A DNA stretch of 64,000 bases, taken from the NCBI GenBank assembly GCA_017466725.1, contig JAFTTP010000002.1, positions 67,492-131,491 of the forward strand. The letters run 5' to 3'. The notes beneath the pieces are model-generated. The model was not told where the DNA came from, ran no database searches, and saw only the letters and a list, made by a program, of their open reading frames with translations. Source of the DNA: Clostridia bacterium (GTDB lineage: Bacteria > Bacillota > Clostridia > Christensenellales > UBA1242). Made by a program: the position numbers and the translations under genes. Shown here piece after piece: positions 19,586-29,086 of this stretch (its first letter is position 1; each line of letters opens with the position of its first letter).

Positions 19586-20595
19586 TTGAAGAACACGAAA
19601 GATTTATAACCAGCACTAAAAATCTTACAGACGCAGAAATAGAAAACTCACTTCGTCCAACCTCTATGGACAGCTATATTGGACAAACTAGGGTTAAAGA
19701 TGCATTATCTGTCTATATTCAAGCTGCAAAGGCCAGAAAAGAAAGTCTTGACCACGTGCTTTTGTATGGCCCACCAGGACTGGGAAAAACCACGCTTTCT
19801 CATATTATTGCTAACGAGATGGGCAGTCAAATTAAAATCACATCAGGTCCAGCAATTGAGCACGCCGCTGATTTAGCTGCAATTTTAACTAACCTCAACC
19901 AAAATGATGTACTTTTCATTGACGAAATCCACAGACTTAACAAAACAGTCGAAGAAATCTTATATCCAGCAATGGAAGATTTTGCGCTTGACTTTATTGT
20001 GGGGAAAGGCCCATCCGCCCGCAATATGCGTCTTAAAATCAAGCCTTTTACACTTATTGGGGCAACTACTCGGGCAGGTATGCTTACCAATCCACTGCGT
20101 GACAGATTTGGAGTAATTTGCCGCCTTGAGCTTTATTCTCCAGAAGAATTGCAGGTTATCATAAACCGTTCGGCTGATATATTAGGCGTAAAAATTGATG
20201 ATGAGGCCAGTATTGAGATTGCCAAGCGCTCTCGTGGAACTCCACGTCTGGCAAACAGACTTCTTAAACGCGTGCGTGACTATGCTCAAGTAATAGGACA
20301 GGGGCATGTTACAAAAGAAATTGCCGAAAAAACCTTACAAATTATGGAAATTGACAACCTTGGTCTTGACACAATAGATAGAAAAATCATGTTGTCAATT
20401 ATACAAAAATTCGCTGGCGGCCCTGTAGGGCTTGACACGCTTGCCGCCACAATCAGTGAAGATGCAACAACAATTGAAGACGTATACGAACCTTATCTTC
20501 TTCAGCTTGGTTTCATTTCAAGGACGCCACGCGGAAGAGTTGCATTAGAGCCAGCATATAAGCATTTTGGAATTGAAATGCCAAATCAAAATTAG
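19582..20595 (+). CDS. ruvB: Holliday junction branch migration DNA helicase RuvB
   Basis: Walker [10 protein letters not shown], Walker [18 protein letters not shown]. Confidence 0.97.
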   Translation: MIEEHERFITSTKNLTDAEIENSLRPTSMDSYIGQTRVKDALSVYIQAAKARKESLDHVLLYGPPGLGKTTLSHIIANEMGSQIKITSGPAIEHAADLAAILTNLNQNDVLFIDEIHRLNKTVEEILYPAMEDFALDFIVGKGPSARNMRLKIKPFTLIGATTRAGMLTNPLRDRFGVICRLELYSPEELQVIINRSADILGVKIDDEASIEIAKRSRGTPRLANRLLKRVRDYAQVIGQGHVTKEIAEKTLQIMEIDNLGLDTIDRKIMLSIIQKFAGGPVGLDTLAATISEDATTIEDVYEPYLLQLGFISRTPRGRVALEPAYKHFGIEMPNQN

Positions 20596-20604
20596 AAGAG
20601 AATT

Positions 20605-21654
20605 ATGGAAAATAATAAGAATAACAAAAATTTACTGCTTAGAAGTAGTTATTACTACGATTTACCAGAAAGTATGATTGCACAGACACCAATAGAACCT
20701 AGGGACCACTCTAGGCTTTTGGTGTTTAACAAAAATACTGCTACAATCCAGCATAAACACTTTTATGATATAGCCGATTACCTACAAAAAGGGGATGTTT
20801 TAGTTGTAAACAACACTCGTGTTTTACCCGCAAGGCTATTTGGCTATAAAGATACCGGTGCTAAAATTGAGATTTTACTTCAAAAACGCTTAAATTTAAC
20901 CGATTGGGAAGTTATTGCAAAACCGTTTAAACGTTTAAAAGAGGGCACTATAGTCACATTTAGCGAAAACTTATCTTGTACCATACTTGAAAAGGGTGAA
21001 TATGGCGGATGTAAAATCAAATTCTCGTTTAATGGCGTTTTCGAACATCGACTTAGCGAAATAGGGCAAGTACCGTTGCCACCATATATTCACGAAAAAT
21101 TAAAGAATAAAGAAAGATATCAAACCGTTTATTCAAAAGTTGAAGGCTCTTCGGCAGCACCAACTGCAGGACTGCATTTCACTAAGGAACTTTTAGAAAA
21201 GCTACAAAATAAAGGCGTTGAACTAATAGAAGTCCTACTACATGTTGGACTTGGCACGTTTAGACCAGTAAAAGAAGATAACATTTTAAATCATGAAATG
21301 CATAGCGAATATGTTGAAATGAGCAGCGAAAATGCTGCAAAACTTAACAAGGCGAAAGCAGAAGGAAGACGAGTTATTGCGGTAGGCACAACCTCAGTAC
21401 GCGTGCTTGAAAGCTGTGTAGATGCAAACGGATTGATTGTACCTCAAAAGAAAGAAACACAAATTTTCATATATCCGCCTTATAAGTTTAAGGTTGTTGA
21501 TGCACTTATTACAAACTTTCACTTGCCAGAAAGTACGCTTATTATGTTGGTTTCTGCATTTGCAGGATATGATAATACAATGGGAATTTATAATACTGCA
21601 GTGCAAGAAAACTATCGTTTCTTCTCTTTTGGCGATTCAATGTTTTTATACTAA
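20605..21654 (+). CDS. queA: S-adenosylmethionine:tRNA ribosyltransferase-isomerase
   Basis: 349 aa with YYYDLPESMIAQTPIEPRDHSRLL and GTTSVRVLES. Confidence 0.95.
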   Translation: MENNKNNKNLLLRSSYYYDLPESMIAQTPIEPRDHSRLLVFNKNTATIQHKHFYDIADYLQKGDVLVVNNTRVLPARLFGYKDTGAKIEILLQKRLNLTDWEVIAKPFKRLKEGTIVTFSENLSCTILEKGEYGGCKIKFSFNGVFEHRLSEIGQVPLPPYIHEKLKNKERYQTVYSKVEGSSAAPTAGLHFTKELLEKLQNKGVELIEVLLHVGLGTFRPVKEDNILNHEMHSEYVEMSSENAAKLNKAKAEGRRVIAVGTTSVRVLESCVDANGLIVPQKKETQIFIYPPYKFKVVDALITNFHLPESTLIMLVSAFAGYDNTMGIYNTAVQENYRFFSFGDSMFLY

Positions 21655-21694
21655 ATATAGTAGGATTTTTAACAAAATACCGACTAAATATTGA

Positions 21695-22839
<1,145 letters not shown>

Positions 22840-22840
<1 letters not shown>

Positions 22841-22863
22841 GACACACTGGTGTGTCTTTTTTA
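22840..22863 (+). terminator. Intrinsic terminator after tgt
   Basis: AGACACA-CTGG-TGTGTCT followed by a T run. Confidence 0.85.
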
Positions 22864-22882
22864 TTTTATATCGCCAATTTAT

Positions 22883-22911
22883 TTGACTTTCTATAAGAAA
22901 TATTGTATACT
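22883..22911 (+). promoter_or_regulatory. Candidate sigma-A promoter for rny
   Basis: TTGACT (22883-22888), 17 nt, TATACT (22906-22911). Confidence 0.55.
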
Positions 22912-22950
22912 TTTTGTGATAGGGTAAACCTATCATTAAAAGGGGAATTT

Positions 22951-24540
22951 ATGAGCAGTATTAATTTACTATGCAATGCTGCTGTAAACGCCGGAGTTAT
23001 AAGTGGAGTTATCGCCCTCATCGTTGGAGTTGTTGCGGGCGCATTCGTTTATAAAATACTCTTAAGTAAAAAAATTGGAAACAGCAAATCAAATGCAGTT
23101 AAAATTATTGAAGAGGCGTATGCAGAGGCAAAAAGCATAAAGAAAGAATCAGTTCTTGAAGCCAAAGAAGAAGCCCAAAAGATTAAAGAAGAGGCAAATG
23201 CAGAGGCAAAAGAACGTAGAGGCGAGCTTCAAAAACAAGAAGAACGCTTAGATCAAAGAGAAGAATATCTCACAAAAAAAGAAACTTTGTTGGACACGAA
23301 GAGCACTCAACTCGACAATGAAAAAGCTCAACTTGAAAATGACAAAGTAAAACTTACCGAACAAATTGCAGAGCAAAACACTATTAAAGAGCAAATGCTT
23401 GAAAAACTTGAAAAAATGTCTGGGCTTTCAAAACAAGAGGCAAAAGACATTTTAATTGAAAGCGTAACCGAAGAAGCTAAGAAGGATGCAGGCATCTTAG
23501 TAAAGCAAATTGAAGATGACGCTAAAGAGCGCGCAGACAAAATCGCAACAAATATTGTTGTTGGCGCAATACAAAAATGTGCAACTGACCTTTCGTCTGA
23601 AATGACAATCTCAACAGTAGCACTTCCAAATGATGAAATGAAAGGAAGAATTATTGGAAGAGAAGGAAGAAACATCCGCTCAATTGAGGCTGCAACTGGT
23701 GTAGAGCTTATTGTTGACGATACACCAGAAACAATTACTATTTCAAGTTTCGACCCAATACGTAGAGAAATTGCTAGATTAAGTTTAGAAAAACTTATTG
23801 TTGACGGAAGAATTCATCCTACAAGAATTGAAGAAATCGTTGAAAAAGCGACTCACGACGTAGATAAGTTTATTAAAGAAGCTGGCGAAAACGCTTGCAA
23901 CGAAGTTGGAATTTACAACCTCAACCCAGAACTTGTAAAAATTATGGGAAGACTTAAATATCGTACAAGTTATGGACAAAACTGCTTAAGACACAGCATT
24001 GAGACATCAATCATTGCAGGACTTCTTGCAACTGAACTTGGTGCAAATGTACAAGTGGCTAAACGCGGTGGTTTCTTACACGATTTAGGAAAAGCACTTG
24101 ACCATGAGGTAGAGGGAACACACGTAGCAATTGGCGTTGAGCTTGCAAAAAAATACAAAGAATCTGATGCAGTTGTTCACTGTATTCATGCACACCATGG
24201 TGAAGTACCATTTGGATCGGTTGAGGCAATCATCGTTCAGGTGGCAGACGCAATTTCAAGCTCTAGACCAGGTGCGAGACGAGAAAACCTTGAAAACTAT
24301 ATCAAACGTTTACAACAACTTGAAACAATCTGTAACGACTTCAAAGGCGTAGAAAAGTCTTATGCAATTCAAGCGGGCCGAGAGGTAAGAATCATTGTAA
24401 AACCAAATCAAATTACAGATGGTGATGCTGTATTCCTTGTAAAAGACATCGCAAAGAAAATTGAACAAGAAATGCAATATCCTGGTCAAATCAAGGTTGT
24501 TGTAATCCGTGAAAATCGTTTTACAGAAACAGCAAAATAA
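22951..24540 (+). CDS. rny: Ribonuclease Y
   Basis: N-terminal TM, coiled coil, KH domain (GRIIGREGRNIR) and HD domain (RHSIE...GFLHDLGK). The ATG at 22951 after AAAGGGGA is preferred over 22903. Confidence 0.95.
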   Translation: MSSINLLCNAAVNAGVISGVIALIVGVVAGAFVYKILLSKKIGNSKSNAVKIIEEAYAEAKSIKKESVLEAKEEAQKIKEEANAEAKERRGELQKQEERLDQREEYLTKKETLLDTKSTQLDNEKAQLENDKVKLTEQIAEQNTIKEQMLEKLEKMSGLSKQEAKDILIESVTEEAKKDAGILVKQIEDDAKERADKIATNIVVGAIQKCATDLSSEMTISTVALPNDEMKGRIIGREGRNIRSIEAATGVELIVDDTPETITISSFDPIRREIARLSLEKLIVDGRIHPTRIEEIVEKATHDVDKFIKEAGENACNEVGIYNLNPELVKIMGRLKYRTSYGQNCLRHSIETSIIAGLLATELGANVQVAKRGGFLHDLGKALDHEVEGTHVAIGVELAKKYKESDAVVHCIHAHHGEVPFGSVEAIIVQVADAISSSRPGARRENLENYIKRLQQLETICNDFKGVEKSYAIQAGREVRIIVKPNQITDGDAVFLVKDIAKKIEQEMQYPGQIKVVVIRENRFTETAK

Positions 24541-24546
24541 CAAAAA

Positions 24547-24577
24547 AAACTTTATCATCTAGATAAAGTTTTTTTAT
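24547..24577. terminator. Bidirectional terminator between rny and XRE gene
   Basis: AAACTTTAT-N7-ATAAAGTTT, flanked by an A8 run on the left and a T6 run on the right. Confidence 0.75.
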
Positions 24578-25185
24578 TTAATTACCTTCTTATGCCAAGC
24601 ACGTTTATGACAATGCGGGCATTTCATATATCTTGTTCGATTAACATGTAGCGCCCATAAAACTTGATGATATGTTGGCACATACTTATGATTGCATTTG
24701 CTGCAAATATAATATCCGGCTACTTGTTCAATTTTTAAAGCAAATAATATACCAACCATTGAAATGGTAAGCCCAAACACAATAATCATAATTCGCAGCC
24801 AATCCGGCATCATTAAAAAGCTTGCCAAAGCGGTGAGTGATAATAAAAATATAACGGATAAAAAGCCAATCACTATTTCCATTGCAAGCAATCTTTTATC
24901 AGAATTTTGCTTTACTTCTTCTAGTTCAAGCAGCTTGCCTTCAGCTTTATCAATATATTCTTCTTTAGAAAATCTTTCACCATTTAAAAGTTCGTTGATA
25001 GTGATCCCAAATATTTCACATAATTTTGGTAATGTATTCGTATCTGGCACACCTCGGCCTGTTTCCCATTTAGAAATGGTTTTTTCGCTTACATAAAGAT
25101 GTTTAGCCAAATCAACTTGCGTCATCTTTTTAGCCTTTCTTTCATTTATAATGAAATTGCCAATTTTGTTATAATCCAACCTCAT
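24574..25185 (-). CDS. XRE-family HTH regulator fused to two TM helices and a C-terminal CxxC...CxxC zinc ribbon
   Basis: HTH_3 (MTQVDLAKHLYVSEKTISKWETG), two hydrophobic helices, then CSKCNHKY...CPHCHKRAWH. Confidence 0.75.
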   Translation of the reverse strand: MRLDYNKIGNFIINERKAKKMTQVDLAKHLYVSEKTISKWETGRGVPDTNTLPKLCEIFGITINELLNGERFSKEEYIDKAEGKLLELEEVKQNSDKRLLAMEIVIGFLSVIFLLSLTALASFLMMPDWLRIMIIVFGLTISMVGILFALKIEQVAGYYICSKCNHKYVPTYHQVLWALHVNRTRYMKCPHCHKRAWHKKVIK

Positions 25186-25334
25186 TTCAACTCCTTAATT
25201 AAATTATAGCACATTCCTTTAATATATTGCTATAAAATGCAACAAGTAAACTCTACAAATCTTCCTATGCATATTTTTTGGCAAACTTTTTTCTTTTAAT
25301 CATAAAATTACCATCTAATCTATATATTTACTAT

Positions 25335-25934
25335 ATGAATGGAATAACTGAATTTTTGTCAAACAACTTTTCGTCTTGCGTATGGCTGGTTGTAATTATA
25401 GTTGCCATGATTCCAACACTCGAAAGCAAAATTGCCATTCCTCTTGGTATGAATACCGCAATATGGGGCGGACACGCACTGTCTCCATTTTCTGCGTTTG
25501 TTTTTGCATTTATCGGTAACATAATCCCTTGTTATATAGTAATGCTGCTTGTAAGAAAAATAAAGCAACATACAACAATGGTGCTGCATTCAAAATTTTT
25601 TCAAAAATATGCAATTAAAGGTGCTCAGATTGAAAGAAAAAACAACTTTAGCAAATATTTAGCCCTTGCAGGTTTCGTATCTGTTCCAATTCCATTGACA
25701 GGGGTTTGGACGGGCAGTTTAATAGGAGGAATTAGCAACCTTAACATACATTATTCTTTTGCATCAATTGTTGCCGGTGCATTTGTTTCGGCAGGAATAA
25801 TAACAATTTTATGTGCTTTATTTAGCAATTCTATATCATACATTTTCATATTTTCTCTAACAATCATCATCGTATTTATGTTCATTGATTTGATTGTAGG
25901 AATAATTAAAACAAGAAAAAAATCAGGAAATTAA
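25335..25934 (+). CDS. Small polytopic membrane protein (small multidrug export protein-like, COG2426)
   Basis: About 200 aa with 5-6 TMs. N-terminal LESKIAIPLGM resembles the Sm_multidrug_ex family. The start is uncertain (TTG 25278 or ATG 25335). Confidence 0.45.
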   Translation: MNGITEFLSNNFSSCVWLVVIIVAMIPTLESKIAIPLGMNTAIWGGHALSPFSAFVFAFIGNIIPCYIVMLLVRKIKQHTTMVLHSKFFQKYAIKGAQIERKNNFSKYLALAGFVSVPIPLTGVWTGSLIGGISNLNIHYSFASIVAGAFVSAGIITILCALFSNSISYIFIFSLTIIIVFMFIDLIVGIIKTRKKSGN

Positions 25935-25946
25935 TCCTGATTTTTA
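25922..25946. terminator. Bidirectional terminator between convergent genes
   Basis: ATCAGGA-AATTAA-TCCTGAT with flanking A and T runs. The stop codon of the plus-strand gene lies in the loop. Confidence 0.7.
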
Positions 25947-27638
25947 TTATCTCCAGTATTTAACTATAGCAATTCTTTTTATGTAATATCTCATAGGTAT
26001 TGCAACAACTCCCATTACAAATGGCAATACAAGTGTGGTTGTTTGAAGTTTGAAATCAATAAAGATTGCTCCAGCTATAAAGTTTAACGCAACTACTACG
26101 CCACAGAATAGAATGAAAAGCAACCAAATGGCCCATTGTGGCAACATTTGTTTTGGCAGCCATCCTCTAGATTTTTTCAACTTGTATATCCTGTACACTA
26201 CGTCAAATATAAATAGGGCAGGTAAAACGTAATATAAAAATTCTGTGCCTGCATCTAAAAGCCCATTAGCATTTATCACCACATAAGTTACAGCAGACAG
26301 CGCCACCGCAAGCAATAGGGCAATAATGCTTACCACCATATACAACTTATTAGTATTATGTCTTAATTTTCTGGTTGGCTTTTGATAAACATTAAATGGT
26401 AAATCCTGACTGTTGTAATAGTCTTTTAAGTCACTATAATCATATATAGCGTCCTCTCTAAACTCTGCTGAAGATTGATCTCTCGTTTTCGAATAAAGTT
26501 GAATTAACCTTTCTTTGTGAGATGGATCAATTGTCACGTCTCTCTTTGGGGCAGGCAGCCTTGTTTCTTTTACATTTTCAGAAATAATTTGTAGACGTGG
26601 CGGCTCAATCTTTTTTGCCTTTTCAACTTCTCTCTCGTCTATTCTGTTTGTAATATAAACAGCATCATTTTTAAGTTCTTCTTTTTGAGCAGTTTCAGCA
26701 AAAGCTTTATGTTCTGTTCTGTATCCGCCAATTTGACGCATAAAATCATCTTGACTTAATCTCTGCTGATCTTGATATTTAGTTTTGTTTTGCATCAAAG
26801 CATTCTTAAATTCTTCAATATTAGACTGTTTCTTATCTTGACTGGAAGCCAATGGATCTGTAGCAGCCATTGAAATTTGGTCTTCTGCAAAACTGCGTCT
26901 TTTTCTGTATTTGTTTATGTCTTTAGAAATATCATACAGCTTTTTGTTATATTCATCCGCTGTTTGCTGGCTTAAAAACACGCCATCATCAGCTTTTTGA
27001 CCAATCTGGTTATCAGCCGGCTCAACTTCTTCTTGTTGTTGAGTTAACGCATGCTTAATGGAAAATGCATATGCTGGTTGAGTAGGGGCAGGGTGCGCTT
27101 GCTGCACAGGTGTAATTTGTTGTATAATTGCTCGCTCTTCAATTGATTTTTCTTCCTCTACTTGAGCTTGTTCTTCATGACTTTCTTCGTTGCTAAATGA
27201 AAAGTCAAAGAAATCATCTTCGCTTTCATCCTCATTAATTGTGTCCGCTGCTTTAGTATCTTCTAAAGAAATTGCAACTTCCTCTTGTAAGAAATTTTCA
27301 TTTGATGCAACAGGGGATTGTCCATCATCAAAAGCTTTAAATACATCGATATTATTTCGATCAAAATATTCCTTAAGCTCTTGATAAAATTCTCGACCTT
27401 TTTCAGTCAAGGAATAATATTTACGGTTAGGCCCTAAATCGCTGCTTTTTAAGTAAGATGAAATGTAGCCTTGTTTCTCCATGCGGGTAAGATTTGAATA
27501 TACACTAGGTTTCTTCAAATTTATTCTGCCATTACTTTTTTCTGAAATTTCGCTTATAATGTCAAGCCCGTAGAAATCTCGCTCTTGCATACAAGTCAAA
27601 ATAAGAAATGATAGTTGTCCTTTAGCATAAAGTTCCAT
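25947..27638 (-). CDS. PadR-family winged-helix regulator fused to long acidic/Gln-rich linker and C-terminal 4-TM domain
   Basis: The N-terminal ~95 aa are PadR-like (FYGLDIISEI...PSVYSNLTRMEKQGYISS...RKYYSLTEKGREFY). The C-terminal ~135 aa contain about 4 hydrophobic helices. Confidence 0.75.
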   Translation of the reverse strand: MELYAKGQLSFLILTCMQERDFYGLDIISEISEKSNGRINLKKPSVYSNLTRMEKQGYISSYLKSSDLGPNRKYYSLTEKGREFYQELKEYFDRNNIDVFKAFDDGQSPVASNENFLQEEVAISLEDTKAADTINEDESEDDFFDFSFSNEESHEEQAQVEEEKSIEERAIIQQITPVQQAHPAPTQPAYAFSIKHALTQQQEEVEPADNQIGQKADDGVFLSQQTADEYNKKLYDISKDINKYRKRRSFAEDQISMAATDPLASSQDKKQSNIEEFKNALMQNKTKYQDQQRLSQDDFMRQIGGYRTEHKAFAETAQKEELKNDAVYITNRIDEREVEKAKKIEPPRLQIISENVKETRLPAPKRDVTIDPSHKERLIQLYSKTRDQSSAEFREDAIYDYSDLKDYYNSQDLPFNVYQKPTRKLRHNTNKLYMVVSIIALLLAVALSAVTYVVINANGLLDAGTEFLYYVLPALFIFDVVYRIYKLKKSRGWLPKQMLPQWAIWLLFILFCGVVVALNFIAGAIFIDFKLQTTTLVLPFVMGVVAIPMRYYIKRIAIVKYWR

Positions 27639-27660
27639 AACAAATACCTCTTATATTTAG

Positions 27661-27690
27661 ATTATAAATCATATAAAAAGACAATGTCAA
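27661..27690 (-). promoter_or_regulatory. Candidate sigma-A promoter for PadR-fusion gene
   Basis: On the minus strand: TTGACA (27690-27685), 18 nt, TATAAT (27666-27661). The AAGAGG SD lies further downstream. Confidence 0.6.
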
Positions 27691-27916
27691 ACAAAATAGG
27701 GGAAAATTTAACAAAAAACAGCTATTCTGCATTGCATACTACCATTAAAATAGGGGATTAGCAATCTCTTTTTATTATTTTCATGACAAAAAAGGGTATT
27801 TTAAACTCATCAAACAGCCAACAATACTAATTTTTAAGTAATTTACGCCATTTTTAAGCAATAACATCTATTATTTTACCTAAAAACACACCATTTTGAA
27901 TAAGAGAGGAATAAAA

Positions 27917-27993
27917 AAAACTAGCATGGTTAAAACACCTACATCTCTGCGTAAAACACAAGTTTTACGCAGAGATGACTACATACTAGCTTT
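27917..27993 (-). terminator. Nested (hairpin-within-hairpin) terminator of serS operon
   Basis: Perfect inner 16-bp stem, 27942-27957 with 27962-27977 and loop ACAA. Outer 12-bp arms at 27917-27928 and 27982-27993. All outer positions pair only in the minus-strand RNA (two G-U pairs). A U run follows. Confidence 0.6.
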
Positions 27994-28031
27994 ATTTTTA
28001 AACTATTTTGTTATATTTTTATAATATCAAT

Positions 28032-28050
28032 ATCGTACAAAATCGTACAA
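28032..28050. repeat. Tandem direct repeat ATCGTACAA x2 (10-bp period)
   Basis: ATCGTACAA occurs at 28032-28040 and again at 28042-28050. Confidence 0.8.
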
Positions 28051-28093
28051 TTTATAATAATTTTATAATTTTTTATTGCATACTAGTTACATA

Positions 28094-29077
28094 CTAGACA
28101 TCTTGTTCTTCTTGAGTGCTAATCGTTGACAAAATCTTGTGCAAGCCAAAGCCGCTATCGCCACAACGCTTATCTTCAAATATGGTCAATTCTTCATTTA
28201 AAATTGAAGGCGTATTCCTTAAACTTCTTACAGATAAATAGTTGACAACTTTTATAAATACTTTATAGAAATCATCACCTACAAAAATATCATCTGGGCA
28301 ATTGCACATTACGCTTTCTAAGAACAGCTGATTTGGCATATGACCATTCACGTTGAAATACAATGCATTAAAGACCTTCATAACTTTTATAAAGTTTTTG
28401 CCAGCAGACTTCTTCTTAGCCTTAAGCTTTAGATATCTTTGATTTAATGCTAGATTTATAAAAGGATTTTTTCTCTTACCTGCGTAATATTTTAATTCCT
28501 TATTTACCAAACTTACTACGTATATTATAATCCTTACATTTGGGCCAAAGTCTTCTTTACCCAAAATTTCTAATTTATTATTCCCCTGATAAACTATAGA
28601 AGTTGGCGAAAGATATTGCGCTATAGATCGTTGCAAATCTTCAGTTAAACTATAAACAGTATATTTACTAGGATCAAACTGAATATTTAATGGTTCAACC
28701 TCTTCTTTCTGCTTTTTTCTTCTCTTGCGCTTTCTTTTTCTAAAATACTTTCTACTTTGCCATGCTATTTTAGCACGCGTTTTTATAATTTCCCAAATTT
28801 TAGACTTTTTAATTGTGTTCAAGTCCAGTTGAGCACTTTCAACCCCAAGAACATATACAAATTCAGAATTATCTACCATGGAATCGCTAAAAAGTTCATT
28901 TACAGGTTGTAAAACAGTGTTTTCCAAAGAAATATACGATACTTGCGTTGCCAAATTTGAAACAGACGCAGTCAACAGTGCGTTGACCTTGTCGTTGATA
29001 CCTTTGACATATGTTTTGCTGTTTTTGTTTGCGATTGACAAAATCAGATCTTTTGAGATTGAAATTTTGGCCATCAA
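28094..29077 (-). CDS. Hypothetical protein with polybasic insert; C-terminal half faintly nucleotidyltransferase-fold-like
   Basis: 327 aa. The AAAGGGGAG SD sits immediately after the serS stop. Polybasic tract RKYFRKRKRKRRKKQK, and FIKVMKVFNALYF...NQLFLESVMCNCP. I recognise no family with confidence. Confidence 0.6.
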   Translation of the reverse strand: MMAKISISKDLILSIANKNSKTYVKGINDKVNALLTASVSNLATQVSYISLENTVLQPVNELFSDSMVDNSEFVYVLGVESAQLDLNTIKKSKIWEIIKTRAKIAWQSRKYFRKRKRKRRKKQKEEVEPLNIQFDPSKYTVYSLTEDLQRSIAQYLSPTSIVYQGNNKLEILGKEDFGPNVRIIIYVVSLVNKELKYYAGKRKNPFINLALNQRYLKLKAKKKSAGKNFIKVMKVFNALYFNVNGHMPNQLFLESVMCNCPDDIFVGDDFYKVFIKVVNYLSVRSLRNTPSILNEELTIFEDKRCGDSGFGLHKILSTISTQEEQDV

Positions 29078-29086
29078 AACTCCCCT

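Noticed and set aside
27734-27742. GCATACTAC / CATACTA motifs read as sigma-G, sigma-E or sigma-K type -10 elements (CATACTA fits the sigma-G-type CAT--TA). They occur at 27734, 31718 and 47018, and inside CDS at 10110 and 41733.
   Set aside because: There is no matching -35 (GnATR / ATATT) at the right spacing in any copy. Most copies have no downstream gene on the plus strand. A 7-mer of this composition is expected several times per strand by chance. They are better explained as half-sites of the palindromic repeat family.
27926-28024. A 32-codon ORF (MVKTPTSLRKTQVLRRDDYILALFLNYFVIFL) considered as a possible small hydrophobic or type I toxin peptide.
   Set aside because: There is no SD at a usable distance. 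The sequence is fully accounted for by the nested hairpin arms and an AT-rich tail, and the structure favours the opposite strand.
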